Of a stretch of 64,000 nucleotides of DNA, positions 1 through 10,475 are shown one piece after another. The notes under the pieces are model-generated. The model did not search any database and was not told where the DNA came from. It saw nothing but the letters and a program-made list of their open reading frames with translations. Origin of the DNA: a virus. The stretch lies in IMG/VR virus record IMGVR_UViG_3300025570_000007; one strand, 5' to 3'. Every line of letters starts with the position of its first letter. The first letter of the stretch is position 1. The position numbers and the translations under genes were made by a program.

Positions 1-77
1 TCTATTACGAAATCTTTACTGTCTGCACAACTTACAAATAAAGTTAATGCTAGTACTAGGTATGTTATTTTTTTCAT
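1..77 (-). CDS. N-terminus of a putative lipoprotein (runs off the window)
   Basis: Hand translation MKKITYLVLALTLFVSCADSKDF..., signal peptide with lipobox Cys; promoter motif upstream. Confidence 0.6.
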   Translation of the reverse strand, partial: MKKITYLVLALTLFVSCADSKDFVI

Positions 78-246
78 TTGACTTATTATATAATGTAAAT
101 ATAGCGATTATTCTACAATTTTACAACTATTTTGGCTATTCTTCACAAGAAAACCCCGCCAAGTTATTGGAAGGGCCTTACTATGTTTGTTGAAAATGCG
201 CGAGGCACCTTCGGTAGAGAGAGAACGCCCCCCCCCCTTGCTCTTT

Positions 247-417
247 TTACTTGCTCTCTGCTACAGACTCTTTTCTGTAGTCTGTTACAAGTTTCTTAAT
301 GTTTCCAATATGCTTACGGGCATTAGCTTGTGACTTTTTAGTTTGTCCTTCATGTCCTAATACAAACGCTTCAAATTCAGCGGTAATCTGTTCAAATAAT
401 CTTTGTTTTTCACTCAT
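247..417 (-). CDS. Histone H1-like (Hc1-type) small basic DNA-binding protein
   Basis: MSEKQRLFEQITAEFEAF...ANARKHIGNIKKLVTDYRKESVAESK resembles Bacteroidota Hc1-like proteins; the ORF track extends it to 561, so the start is uncertain. Confidence 0.6.
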   Translation of the reverse strand: MSEKQRLFEQITAEFEAFVLGHEGQTKKSQANARKHIGNIKKLVTDYRKESVAESK

Positions 418-560
418 CGGTTCTTGATTTTTTTCTTCTTTTGTTATTTTTGGGTATGCAAATTCGGTCATAATTAACGTACTACCCCTATACGTCCATT
501 TATCTATTAGACCGTATTCATTCTTGTATTCTACTACTCTTTTTTTTCCTGCAATCTTCA

Positions 561-2189
561 TTACATTCCAAACATACTAGGGTCTACTCCTCCCTGGGCT
601 GCTTTCTTACCTGTACTGTGTACTACTGCCTCAGTTATTAACATTGTCCCTGCTACTGATGCTGCATTCTCTAATGCTAGTCTTGTAACTTTAGTCGGGT
701 CTATAATACCCTCTAAGAACATGTTTACGCTCATCTGTGTTCTCGGGTTATATCCTGCCCATGCGTCTTGTTGACTCATCACTGCATATTCGATATCTCC
801 TATCTTATCTTTTGAGTACCCTGCGTTTATTAGTATCTGAGCAAATGGTTTTTCTATCGCTTTGATTGTAATGTCAAATCCGAGTTTCTCATCTCCAGAA
901 ATACTTTCATCAGAGATTAACTGTGCTAATACCTTAGAAGCGTTTAGTAGGGCTATTCCACCACCAGGTAGTATACCTTCTTCTAAAGCTGCTTTAGTTG
1001 CATGTAGTGCATCGTCTACTCTATCTTTCTTCTCTTTCATCTCCACTTCAGTGTGTCCGCCTACGTATACAATTGCTACGCCCCCTATAAACGAAGCTAA
1101 CCTCTCTTGAAGTTTTTCGATTTCGTAAGTAGATTTGCTTTCATCAATTTGTGACTTAATCTCTTCTACTCTCCTACTGATTGCTTCCTCTTCTCCTTGT
1201 GCATCTATAATTGTAGTATGCTCTTTACCTACAGTCACTTTCTTAGCTTTTCCTAACCACTTAGCGTCGAACTTATCTAACCTCATCCCTCTTTCCGAAG
1301 AGACTACTGTTGCTCCTGTTAGTGTTGCTATATCCTCTAAGACAGCTTTCTTTCTATCTCCAAACTCAGGTGCTTTAACTGCTGCTACTTGAAGAATGTT
1401 CCTCATCTTATTAACCACTAACGTAGATAATGCTTCGGCATCTATGTCATCTGCAATAATGAGCAGTGATTTATTCTGTTGTGAAGCTGCTTCTAGTAGA
1501 GGCAGTAACTCTTTTACTGTACTTAGTCTCTTATCTGTAATAAGTATTTGAGGATCCTTTAGTACTGATAGCATTGAGGTGTTATCTGTAACAAAGTACG
1601 GTGACTTGTATCCTCTATTAAACTGTATACCTTCTACAGTCTCTAAGTATGTGTCTCCTGTTCTTGATTCCTCGATTGTTACAACTCCGTCTCTACCTAC
1701 CTTATCCATTGCTGCTGAGATAAGTTCTCCTACTTCCGTATCGTTGTTAGCTGAGATTGTAGCAACTTGTTTTAGTTGATCTTCTTCGGTAATTTCTTTA
1801 GAAGTGTCTTCTAAGTAGTTTACCACTAGGTGCACTGCTCTATCAATACCTCTTCTCACGTCTACAACATTAGATCCTTTCTTAATAGAACTCAATCCCT
1901 GTTTGTATAACTCTCTCGCTATCAAAGTAGAGGTTGTTGTACCGTCTCCTGCTTGATCTCCTGTTTTAATAGAAGCCTGCTTTACTAGCTGTGCTCCTAT
2001 ATCTTCAACTTTACCTTTCAGGTCTATCGACTTTGCTACAGTAACACCGTCTTTAGTTGACCCTTGGCCTTCAATAATAACATTTCTTCCCGAAGGTCCT
2101 AAAGTCGCTACTACTGCATCTGCTAATTGATCAACTCCGCTAAGTAGTTGCTTTCTTGCTTTGTCTGAAAAAACTATTCTTTTACTCAT
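561..2189 (-). CDS. groL: Chaperonin GroEL
   Basis: [33 protein letters not shown] motifs; 542 aa. Confidence 0.97.
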   Translation of the reverse strand: MSKRIVFSDKARKQLLSGVDQLADAVVATLGPSGRNVIIEGQGSTKDGVTVAKSIDLKGKVEDIGAQLVKQASIKTGDQAGDGTTTSTLIARELYKQGLSSIKKGSNVVDVRRGIDRAVHLVVNYLEDTSKEITEEDQLKQVATISANNDTEVGELISAAMDKVGRDGVVTIEESRTGDTYLETVEGIQFNRGYKSPYFVTDNTSMLSVLKDPQILITDKRLSTVKELLPLLEAASQQNKSLLIIADDIDAEALSTLVVNKMRNILQVAAVKAPEFGDRKKAVLEDIATLTGATVVSSERGMRLDKFDAKWLGKAKKVTVGKEHTTIIDAQGEEEAISRRVEEIKSQIDESKSTYEIEKLQERLASFIGGVAIVYVGGHTEVEMKEKKDRVDDALHATKAALEEGILPGGGIALLNASKVLAQLISDESISGDEKLGFDITIKAIEKPFAQILINAGYSKDKIGDIEYAVMSQQDAWAGYNPRTQMSVNMFLEGIIDPTKVTRLALENAASVAGTMLITEAVVHSTGKKAAQGGVDPSMFGM

Positions 2190-2490
2190 TGTCTTCTTCT
2201 TCTATTATTGCTAAAATTTCTCTATCTTGTACTATGTAGTACTCTTGACCTTCGAAGTCAATTTTCATAGTCCCTAGTTTAGGAACTAACACTACGGATC
2301 CTACTTCTGCATTTACAGCAATATATGAACCGAATTCAGACATACGTCCTTCTCCAACAGCTATTACTTCTCCCATCTCTGGTTTCTCTTTTCCCATATC
2401 GGGAATTACAATATTACCGTATGTTTGTTCGCCTTCATCTATAGGCTTGATTAACACACGGTCATTTTTAGGTTTAAGTATTTTACTCAT
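2182..2490 (-). CDS. groS: Co-chaperonin GroES
   Basis: LKPKNDRVLIK, GEVIAVGEG; adjacent to groL. Confidence 0.95.
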   Translation of the reverse strand: MSKILKPKNDRVLIKPIDEGEQTYGNIVIPDMGKEKPEMGEVIAVGEGRMSEFGSYIAVNAEVGSVVLVPKLGTMKIDFEGQEYYIVQDREILAIIEEEDNE

Positions 2491-2531
2491 CTTTATAATT
2501 AGTTGTTTTATTTAATATACGAAATTTATTT

Positions 2532-2897
2532 TTAATAGTACACTATCTTTACAGGTATGTTGTAGTATTCACACAGGTCTATTGTGCTTTTTGTTCCTTT
2601 TGACTTTCCATCCCAAAATGCTATACATGCATTGCAGTTTTCTACAATAAACCTATTACGTAGAAAACCTGCTTTTTTACCGTGTTTATCCCAGTCAGCT
2701 GGAAATATTAGTTTAGGTGCTTTACATATGTCTGCCCAATCTTCTCCGAATGTATCTGCTCCTGGTGCTGCTCCACTTACTACTAATCCTACTTTCCCTA
2801 TGTAAGGGTCCATTGCTTTGTTAAAGATAGATCTATTCCCAAAATCTCTTCCTCCTACTATTGCAAGCTTTACTCCTTCTACACCCTTAATGCCCAT
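2532..2897 (-). CDS. SLOG/YspA-like (DUF2493-type) protein
   Basis: AIVGGRDF, SGAAPGAD, ADWDKHGKKAGFLRN, AFWDGKSKGT. Confidence 0.8.
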   Translation of the reverse strand: MGIKGVEGVKLAIVGGRDFGNRSIFNKAMDPYIGKVGLVVSGAAPGADTFGEDWADICKAPKLIFPADWDKHGKKAGFLRNRFIVENCNACIAFWDGKSKGTKSTIDLCEYYNIPVKIVYY

Positions 2898-5223
2898 CTC
2901 TCCAGTTTATTGATATTTCGGGCGGCGCTTTTAAAGTTACGCCTGGAAGTACTAAGTTGTTTTCCATTATCTCCTGTGCTATTGGTGCAAATTCTTTTGC
3001 TTGATCTTTTCTTACGTTTATAATAAGTTGATCATGCACCTGTGCTTGTACTACAGCATCGATACCCATCTCTATAGCTTTTCTGTTGATTTTTAATGCT
3101 GCTCTGTTTACAACGGATGCAGCTAAACTCTGTAACTGGTAGTTTAAGCAGTTATTTAGTCCATTCTTATAATCTCTATATAATTGGAGTACTTCTGCTT
3201 TTCCATGCACCTCTTCAAGACGTTTTCTAAATCTCCAATCTAGCATTTGATCGCCTACCTTGCTAAAGATTACTTTCACCTTAGGTAGGTGTCTAATACG
3301 CCCTACATAGTTTTTGATATAACCATGTTCCTTAACTTGCACTCTTGATGCTTCCATCCACTCTTTTAGTTGAGGAAATCCATCTAAATACCCCTTAACA
3401 AGCACCTTAGCTTCTTTTTGAGGTATATCCAAAGTTTTACCTAGTGCAAAATCTTCCATTCCGTAGGGTACACCAAGTGCATATCCTTTTGCTTTATTTC
3501 TCTTTACTGGATCAATTTTCTTTAAGAATACTGGAGATTTAGTGTCGGGTGAAACTCCGTTAGGGTAGGTTTTTGTGTCTTGTTCTAATTTTTCAGTCTT
3601 AATTGCAATTGTTGAATAGAAATCCCATCCGTTATTGAAAATATCTTGAAGGTTCTTATCTCCTGTAACTGAGGCGAAGCAATGTGGTTCTAGTGATGTG
3701 TAATCCGCATCAATCAGTAACCTACCTTCTCCTGATATTAGAAAAGCCCTTACTAAGTTTGTATAGTTAACGATAATGGGTACATCTTCTCCTTCTTCTT
3801 TCGGTTTTGGTAGTTGTTGTGCATCTGAACCGTACCTTCCGGAAACTGTTCCGTTCTGTTTATAGTAGAAGTAGTATCTACCGTCTTCGTTGTTATCTAA
3901 AAAACGGTCAATGTATGTCGACTTTATCTTAAGCAGTTTGTTATATATTCTAAGATTTTCTGCCCAGTCGTACGTTTTGGATAGATGCTCTATCATATCC
4001 ATATCAAACTGTTCCTTACCCTTCTTAGTCTTACTCTTAGCCTTAACCCCCATATAGTTAAATACAATGTCTCCTAAGTGATCTTTTGACTGTATATTAA
4101 CTAATTCACCATCATTCTCTTCCTTCCAGAGCGACATAGATATCCTTGCTAACTCAACTTCATCCAGCAGGTTATTATCTCCTGTCTGTAAAAACTCTTT
4201 AACCTTACTGTCTTCAAGCTCTTCTATGTTCTTCTGAGTGAGTGAGTATTTACCTGTCTTTTCTGATCTTGGCAGTGGCAGTGAGTACCTATTTACCAGT
4301 TCTTGAGCCCAATTGCCTTTATGGTTAGGCGGATACTTTTTAAAAGCTGTATCCATTACCCATTCCTTAGCTTCGGGCCTAGCCAGTATACTGCCTATTA
4401 CTACTTTCTTATTTTCCTCAAGATCTTTAGTTATTTCAATTAGAGTCTTATTAAGTAGTTCCATATCTAAATCCACTCCGAAATCCTCCATTGGAATAGT
4501 TACCTCTCTGTAGATTGGCATAACTTCTTCGTTAAAGAAGAAATCTTCTAACCCCTCTTTTTCTAGTACTTTAAGAAAGTGGTAACATAGCCTGTACGTT
4601 AAATCGGTATCAGCTGATGCATATTCTGAAAGTATTTCTAGGTCTGCTTTGAAGATTTCGTAGTTCGCCTTTGTTACACTTCCTCCGTTTTTCTTAATAG
4701 ACTCTTTTAACCTTATTTGCTCTTCGTTAGCTGATTTTTCAACATCTAGTCCGATCTTATCTTGAACAGAGATAGCTAAAGGCTTTAATCCAAAGACTCC
4801 CATACCTGCTCCTTCTTCTTGAACTGTGTGAACAAGTAAGGCTGTATCAACCCAGAGCGATGGTAGTAGGTTAACCCCTAAATCGTTTTTTGTGTAACGG
4901 CAGTCAAAGGAAGCATTATGCATTATAAGCTTTTTACCTATTAACATACCCAGTAACTTAATTGAAAGCTCTCTAGCACTAGTACCGTTAATGAACTGTT
5001 CTTCTAGTACTTGCTTCTCAGCATTCCATACAAGAATAGGTAGGTAAAAACCTACTCCAAGTTTACCCGTAACTGACCATCCTATTACTTTACCTTTCCT
5101 CATATTTAACGAGGTCGTCTCTGTATCGTAGGCTAGTGCTTCCGAATCTGCTATATGTTGAAAGAGTAATCTTAGGGTCTCTTCATCCTGTACTGTGTAA
5201 TACTCTTTTTTTATTTCTTGCAT
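2887..5223 (-). CDS. polA: Family A DNA polymerase with 3'-5' exonuclease domain
   Basis: Exo motifs DTETT, HNASFD, YASAD; polymerase motifs DADYTSLE, RNKAKGYALGVPYG, QVHDQL. Confidence 0.93.
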   Translation of the reverse strand: MQEIKKEYYTVQDEETLRLLFQHIADSEALAYDTETTSLNMRKGKVIGWSVTGKLGVGFYLPILVWNAEKQVLEEQFINGTSARELSIKLLGMLIGKKLIMHNASFDCRYTKNDLGVNLLPSLWVDTALLVHTVQEEGAGMGVFGLKPLAISVQDKIGLDVEKSANEEQIRLKESIKKNGGSVTKANYEIFKADLEILSEYASADTDLTYRLCYHFLKVLEKEGLEDFFFNEEVMPIYREVTIPMEDFGVDLDMELLNKTLIEITKDLEENKKVVIGSILARPEAKEWVMDTAFKKYPPNHKGNWAQELVNRYSLPLPRSEKTGKYSLTQKNIEELEDSKVKEFLQTGDNNLLDEVELARISMSLWKEENDGELVNIQSKDHLGDIVFNYMGVKAKSKTKKGKEQFDMDMIEHLSKTYDWAENLRIYNKLLKIKSTYIDRFLDNNEDGRYYFYYKQNGTVSGRYGSDAQQLPKPKEEGEDVPIIVNYTNLVRAFLISGEGRLLIDADYTSLEPHCFASVTGDKNLQDIFNNGWDFYSTIAIKTEKLEQDTKTYPNGVSPDTKSPVFLKKIDPVKRNKAKGYALGVPYGMEDFALGKTLDIPQKEAKVLVKGYLDGFPQLKEWMEASRVQVKEHGYIKNYVGRIRHLPKVKVIFSKVGDQMLDWRFRKRLEEVHGKAEVLQLYRDYKNGLNNCLNYQLQSLAASVVNRAALKINRKAIEMGIDAVVQAQVHDQLIINVRKDQAKEFAPIAQEIMENNLVLPGVTLKAPPEISINWRDGH

Positions 5224-5657
5224 GTTACCTCGTATCTTACTAGTAGTTCTGTATTACTTCTTTGGATCTTATCTCCTTCATTATATGTACCGCTCCATCT
5301 AAATTCGTTTCCGTACCTACTTCCTGATACGAAGTAACAGTCATGAGGTATCATGAAGATTCTTTCGTTTATTCCGTCAATTATCCTGATGTGATCAAAG
5401 CCGTCTTTTTTACTGTCTCCTGCATTACCTATCCGTAAAGTACTTCCATTCATAAGGTAGTTTGTAAACTTAGTTTCTATTCTTGTATTGTCGTCTGTGA
5501 TCTCATCATGACCTGTCCTATTTACAAAAGTATTACCTGCATCTTGTGCTACCTTAACCTCTATTATTAATGCTTGAAATTTAGGATCCTCTAAAAGTAT
5601 GTCGATGTTATCGTCTAACCACTTTTTCAAGTCTCCTTTATTATATGTGTACTCCAT
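5211..5657 (-). CDS. Possible PD-(D/E)xK nuclease-like protein
   Basis: GHD...RIETK spacing is typical of the PD-(D/E)xK fold. Confidence 0.4.
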   Translation of the reverse strand: MEYTYNKGDLKKWLDDNIDILLEDPKFQALIIEVKVAQDAGNTFVNRTGHDEITDDNTRIETKFTNYLMNGSTLRIGNAGDSKKDGFDHIRIIDGINERIFMIPHDCYFVSGSRYGNEFRWSGTYNEGDKIQRSNTELLVRYEVTCKK

Positions 5658-5675
5658 AACCTTTTTATACTTACT

Positions 5676-5933
5676 CTAATACTCCCCGTACAGGTCAAAT
5701 TTCTCTGGTTCTGGCGGTGTTGTAGTTATTGTTGTTACTGTTATTGCGTAAAGCTCTCCCTTTAGTGGGTCTAGTTTATAGGAACCTTTATGTTTAGTAG
5801 CTCTCATATAAGCGGTAAGTGCTGGTACTAGTCCTACTATTACATTACTCGGAATAAGAGATACCATCTCCCAGCTATCCCCCGGTGGCTTCCTTGTTGC
5901 TATTAATTCTAAATGTTCCTGTACTTCTTTCAT
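5676..5933 (-). CDS. Hypothetical protein
   Basis: ORF in a tight minus-strand operon. Confidence 0.6.
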   Translation of the reverse strand: MKEVQEHLELIATRKPPGDSWEMVSLIPSNVIVGLVPALTAYMRATKHKGSYKLDPLKGELYAITVTTITTTPPEPEKFDLYGEY

Positions 5934-5936
5934 AAT

Positions 5937-6851
5937 CTACTGTTGAGCTGTTTTTTTAAATAACACATCTGTATTTTCGTACCTCGGTAATACACTTTCA
6001 AGAAGATTAACCGAAGATGCCCTCACTGAATGTATGTCTAATCCTCCTCTTCTGTTGTATATGTTCGCTACAAGAAGTTCTTCTGGTTTATATTTCTCAA
6101 GTAACGTACTGTATATGATCTCTGTCACATTTTCGTGGAAATGTTGAGAGTCTCTAAACGAGATAATGTACTTAGTAAGGGATTCTAGTGTAGGTGCCGA
6201 TGTACCGTTTATAAGTATGTAACAGTTCCCTGTATCTTTTTGATTTGTAATCTCACAATTACTCCTTAGGTTAGCTGTATGGAATGTCATAAATGTACCG
6301 GGCATTCCTGGTACTATGTCTTCCTGCAATAATTCAGGGTTTTCCTTATACTCTGTTACGTTATAACGGTTATCATCTACATTATTAAAAAGTCCCGTGT
6401 CTACCGGGTTTGTCTTAAATCTTGCTTCGTGTGCAATATGCAGGGTTGCTGTAAAAGATCCTCCTACTGCTTCAGAAAGATCGTCTTGAATTACTTGCTC
6501 TACCTCTTCTTTACTGCTAAACTTCTCTAAATCGAAAGAATTTAAGTAAAGTTTAAATGATTTTGACTCTACCATAGATTTTGATGAGGCAAGGTACATT
6601 ATCTTAAGTACTCCTGTAACCGGCATGCCGTTTGGACCTATAAATGACATTTCGTATGCATGCCATACTTCGTAACCTACAAAGTCGGTATTGTCAATAT
6701 TTGATTTTGACCTGTTAAGAGATCTTGGAAGAGGTACCAGTAGTGCCTTATCGTGCTCCTTAGGAGTTACGTACGCCTTTACTAGAGACCCGTCTCCTGC
6801 TTTTCCCAAATGTTTAGATGCTAACTCTCTTAGCTGTTCTGATTCGTTCAT
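5937..6851 (-). CDS. queF: NADPH-dependent preQ0 reductase (bimodular QueF)
   Basis: VESKSFKLYLNSF QueF motif; RSNCEITNQKD catalytic Cys; FHE; RRGGLDI. Confidence 0.88.
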   Translation of the reverse strand: MNESEQLRELASKHLGKAGDGSLVKAYVTPKEHDKALLVPLPRSLNRSKSNIDNTDFVGYEVWHAYEMSFIGPNGMPVTGVLKIMYLASSKSMVESKSFKLYLNSFDLEKFSSKEEVEQVIQDDLSEAVGGSFTATLHIAHEARFKTNPVDTGLFNNVDDNRYNVTEYKENPELLQEDIVPGMPGTFMTFHTANLRSNCEITNQKDTGNCYILINGTSAPTLESLTKYIISFRDSQHFHENVTEIIYSTLLEKYKPEELLVANIYNRRGGLDIHSVRASSVNLLESVLPRYENTDVLFKKTAQQ

Positions 6852-7381
6852 TTTATAAATTCTAATATTTGTTTAACTCTTTGTTTTGGTGAGCCTGTTA
6901 CTGTTAGGTATTCCTGACCTACAAGGTTAAGTCCTTTTAGTGTTGAGTGAAAATGTGCATCTATATTTTTTCTCCAACTTTCATCTACACTCCTTACTCC
7001 ATCATCTACTGATTCAAACTCAATCGGAAAATAAATGAAATGAGTATATTTTCCATGTACTCTCATCCAAGTATCAAAAATGTAATTATAAGTCTCCTTA
7101 CTAATGTCTCTCATATGGTTGGAGTATACAAGAAGATCTAAATAACACCTATCCAGTATAGTATTTTCAGTAGTTAGTAGTGATTCTAGATGAAAAGAAG
7201 ATATTGCTAACTGCGTTTCTGATGTACCTTTCTCATTAATTGGAAATCCGTACTCAGCTACTGTTCTAGTTGATTCATTAATAAACTTATAGTCCGGTAA
7301 ACTACTTTTAAGCAGTTCGTATACCGTAGTTTTACCTGTGCTGCTTGCTCCTACTAGCGCTACTTTATTCTCTAATTTCAT
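6848..7381 (-). CDS. P-loop nucleotide kinase (NadR/AAA_28-like)
   Basis: GASSTGKTT Walker A, ILDR, DDGVR. Confidence 0.75.
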   Translation of the reverse strand: MKLENKVALVGASSTGKTTVYELLKSSLPDYKFINESTRTVAEYGFPINEKGTSETQLAISSFHLESLLTTENTILDRCYLDLLVYSNHMRDISKETYNYIFDTWMRVHGKYTHFIYFPIEFESVDDGVRSVDESWRKNIDAHFHSTLKGLNLVGQEYLTVTGSPKQRVKQILEFIK

Positions 7382-7935
7382 TCAAACTTTTTTAATAGAT
7401 TTTTCCACATGTATATACTTCTGTCTCTTAATGTAAGAAATAATTCATCAAGCTCTATCTGAAATGCATTAAATATTTCTGAAGAGATTATAGTGCCTTC
7501 GTCTACACCTGCTACTACTCTGTGTATTACTGCTCCTGCTTCTTTGTATTTACCTGATTTAATCCCTTCGTAAGCCCTTACTTGAGGATCCTTTCCTTTT
7601 AGCTCAGGATATAGGGTTATCAGCCCAGGGTGTCCGTTGTATATTAGGTATTCATCACATATATACGGAGGAAGTATTCTCAACCACCCGTGTAAAGTTA
7701 TTACCGGATTCTTATAATACTCTATTACACCTAGGTAATCTGAAGGGGTTGGTTTATTAGGGAGTGTTATTAGCTTTTGGCTCTCTAAAATCCTGTCATC
7801 TACCGTTCTTAGGTGGTCTGGTCTATGGTTTGTAACTATCGCGTCTGGCCAGTATCCTATACTTTCGGATAGGTCTGCTATCTCTGCTCCTGTTTGACTA
7901 AAGAATGTAATCCAAGGTCTTTTTAGTTTTGTCAT
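7378..7935 (-). CDS. PurN-like formyltransferase (DpdN-like)
   Basis: LHGWLRILP, NGHPGL, VIHRV, VDEG motifs; inside the deazaguanine cluster. Confidence 0.8.
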   Translation of the reverse strand: MTKLKRPWITFFSQTGAEIADLSESIGYWPDAIVTNHRPDHLRTVDDRILESQKLITLPNKPTPSDYLGVIEYYKNPVITLHGWLRILPPYICDEYLIYNGHPGLITLYPELKGKDPQVRAYEGIKSGKYKEAGAVIHRVVAGVDEGTIISSEIFNAFQIELDELFLTLRDRSIYMWKNLLKKFE

Positions 7936-8126
7936 TTTATTTTCTTAATAACGTCTTCAGGTTGAACCGGATAGTAGTATTCCCCGTCATACATCCTATA
8001 ACGTGTTTTATGTATCGAATAGACACTGTCTGATTTCATTATTCTCTCAACAGTGCCTTTTATAGTTGATCCTGCGAATCTAAAAGATAGTTTATCTCCT
8101 ACTTTGTATTTAAGTTTTTTTACCAT
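7932..8126 (-). CDS. Small hypothetical protein (SH3-like)
   Basis: YKVGD...GTV pattern; overlaps both neighbours. Confidence 0.5.
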   Translation of the reverse strand: MVKKLKYKVGDKLSFRFAGSTIKGTVERIMKSDSVYSIHKTRYRMYDGEYYYPVQPEDVIKKIK

Positions 8127-8904
8127 TTGTGAACCATTTAAATTTATGTATATTACTTAAAATCAGATTAGTATCATCTACTTTGTGATTTATAAGTTCA
8201 AATAATTTTTGGGATTCTTTATTCCATAGTCCGTCTTCTCTGTACCCTATTCCTTTAATCCCGTGTACAACCGGATTTGACGTATCTAAAGAGTATATCC
8301 AGGGATATTCTGAGTATAATGAGAATTCCTGTGGTAGTCCGCATCCTAATAAATGGTGCTTCTTTTCTGTATTGATAATACCGTCTTTTAGTAGCTCTCC
8401 AAGTAGCTTTGCACGTCCTAGCATCCAACTAACGTACTTGTTAGGGTGTGGTACAGATTCTGTGTAATACGAGTAATCAAAGGATATAGCTATCATATCT
8501 ACCTTTGCTATCTTATCCATATATTCGTAGCATCCTGCAATACTTTCGTATGTCTTTCCTTGCACTACCCCTATCTTCTTGCCCGGAAGGTCTTTATATT
8601 TGAAGTTCCAGTAAGACATTTGTGACATAGTTTTCTTAGTGTCTTCTAATGCATCAGGAACAATGTACCAAGCCGGCTTAAGAAACTTTACCCATTCTAC
8701 AAACTTGTCTGCATCAAAGGCTTCTTCCAACTCAAAAATAGAGTTATCAAGTATAACCTCTCTTCCATCTTCTATAGCATCTACAAATAACTTAAGATAC
8801 TCCGGGTCTTCTTCAAGTAGGTGTACCAGTGCGTAATCGTAATCAGTTATTGCCTGTACTTCTTTAAAGATTCCTTTCGGACTTTCATGTGCTATTTTAA
8901 TCAT
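8110..8904 (-). CDS. dpdA: TGT-fold 7-deazaguanine protein (DpdA-like)
   Basis: ILDNS, VVQG, HHLLG, SLDTS motifs of the TGT family; context with que genes. Confidence 0.75.
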   Translation of the reverse strand: MIKIAHESPKGIFKEVQAITDYDYALVHLLEEDPEYLKLFVDAIEDGREVILDNSIFELEEAFDADKFVEWVKFLKPAWYIVPDALEDTKKTMSQMSYWNFKYKDLPGKKIGVVQGKTYESIAGCYEYMDKIAKVDMIAISFDYSYYTESVPHPNKYVSWMLGRAKLLGELLKDGIINTEKKHHLLGCGLPQEFSLYSEYPWIYSLDTSNPVVHGIKGIGYREDGLWNKESQKLFELINHKVDDTNLILSNIHKFKWFTNGKKT

Positions 8905-9082
8905 CTAATCCAGCGGAGTTATAAACGGAATCTGTCCAGTCTTTTATAGCTTTTTCAAAATCTTCCGTCAATTCGTTATAATTATTTAACATTTCCGTGA
9001 TTGCTTGCATTGCTACAGAATACGGCACCATTTCCATCTTACGTGATTCTACGTATACTTTATGTTTACTTAAATCTACCAT
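8897..9082 (-). CDS. Hypothetical protein
   Basis: Coupled ORF in operon. Confidence 0.55.
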   Translation of the reverse strand: MVDLSKHKVYVESRKMEMVPYSVAMQAITEMLNNYNELTEDFEKAIKDWTDSVYNSAGLDD

Positions 9083-9522
9083 TAACTGTCTGATGATCCA
9101 AAGCCTTTTTTGCCTCTTTCTGATTCTTCTATTTCTTCTGTGAATGCTACTTCACAGTCTATCATTTCAAAAATGACAAATTGAGCACAACCTTGACCTT
9201 TTAGAATTGTAACATGACTTGGGCCGTCATTATATAACTTAACTCCTAAATCCCCCCTGTAGCCATTATCTATAACTCCGAAATGAGGCTTAATTCCATG
9301 TTTAAACCCTAATCCGCTTCTTGCTTCAATCCTAAACCAGTAGCCTGGTGTAATTCTAGCTAAAGTGAGCCCTACAGGAACTACTGCTGAGTTTCCTGGC
9401 ATTATTACGGTATCTTCGACTGCAAATAAATCAAAGCCAGCATCTCCAACTACAGGGGATTCATGATTTCTTTTAGGGAGTATTGCGTCAGGGTGTGTCT
9501 TTAAAAACTTTATTTCCATCAT
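9082..9522 (-). CDS. dut: Trimeric dUTPase
   Basis: AGFDL, RSGLG, GVIDNGYRG, RGKKGFGSS. Confidence 0.95.
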   Translation of the reverse strand: MMEIKFLKTHPDAILPKRNHESPVVGDAGFDLFAVEDTVIMPGNSAVVPVGLTLARITPGYWFRIEARSGLGFKHGIKPHFGVIDNGYRGDLGVKLYNDGPSHVTILKGQGCAQFVIFEMIDCEVAFTEEIEESERGKKGFGSSDS

Positions 9523-9704
9523 GATTTCTTACCTAATGTTAAAGTTTTCTCAGGAAAGTCTCCTTTTTTGCCCATCCATTCTAGTACTTGAAAATCATTC
9601 TCAGTTAGGAAACTAATATTACGTTTTAACTGTTGAATCATATAATACGCTCTACGTTCTTGTGAGCTGCCTCTGTTGCTGTTTAATCCCATAACTTTAT
9701 TTTT

Positions 9705-10436
9705 TTACTTTTTTGATAACTCTATATTTTTGTAAAATTCTGCTTTTGCTGAATCTTCGTTTAAAAATGCTCCTGTTAGTTTAGCTGTTTGCATTGAAGC
9801 ACCTTGATGCTTTACTCCTCTACAGCTAACACAGTTATGTGTTGCTGATATCATTACTGCTACTCCTTGATTACCTTCACAGATTTTAGTTACTGCATTG
9901 TGAATAGCTACTGTAAGCTGTTCTTGAATAGCTCCTCTTCTTGAGAAGTGTTCTGCTATCCTATTAAGTTTTGATAACCCTACTACCATTCCATCCTTAG
10001 AAGCAATATATGCTATACTTACAGTGCCCATAATAGTCTGGTGATGGTGTGAACACATTGAATTAATTGGTATGTTAGACTCTTGCACTATTCCGTCATA
10101 TCCGTCTGAAGGAAATGCTGTAATTTCTGTTAGTGGTTCAAATCTTCCTGACCATAAATCATTTACGTATGCTTTAGCTACTCTACGAGGAGTATCTGAT
10201 GAGTTTGGATCGTTTCTCCAATCACATCCTAAAGCTGTTAGAAAATCTCCAAAAGCAACTTGTGCTTTTCCTATGATAACATCCTTTTCCTGTTCTGTAA
10301 GCTTTGCCGGTCCTTCCTCCATCGCTGAAAGTGGGTCTTGGTGTTTTGTTATATTCTTTCTCTCTAAATGTAATGATATACCGTTTGCATAACCTGCTTT
10401 TACTAGTTCAGTTCCTTCTATAAACTTTTTACTCAT
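9705..10436 (-). CDS. folE: GTP cyclohydrolase I
   Basis: TPRRVAK, SMCSHH, GLSKLNR, QEQLT, HNCVSCRG. Confidence 0.95.
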   Translation of the reverse strand: MSKKFIEGTELVKAGYANGISLHLERKNITKHQDPLSAMEEGPAKLTEQEKDVIIGKAQVAFGDFLTALGCDWRNDPNSSDTPRRVAKAYVNDLWSGRFEPLTEITAFPSDGYDGIVQESNIPINSMCSHHHQTIMGTVSIAYIASKDGMVVGLSKLNRIAEHFSRRGAIQEQLTVAIHNAVTKICEGNQGVAVMISATHNCVSCRGVKHQGASMQTAKLTGAFLNEDSAKAEFYKNIELSKK

Positions 10437-10475
10437 GTTCTCTTAAGTGTTTATTATAATGTATGAATTATTCCT

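Noticed and set aside
145-245. HDV/theta ribozyme call
   Set aside because: P2 and P3-like pairings are present, but P1 and P1.1 could not be formed convincingly
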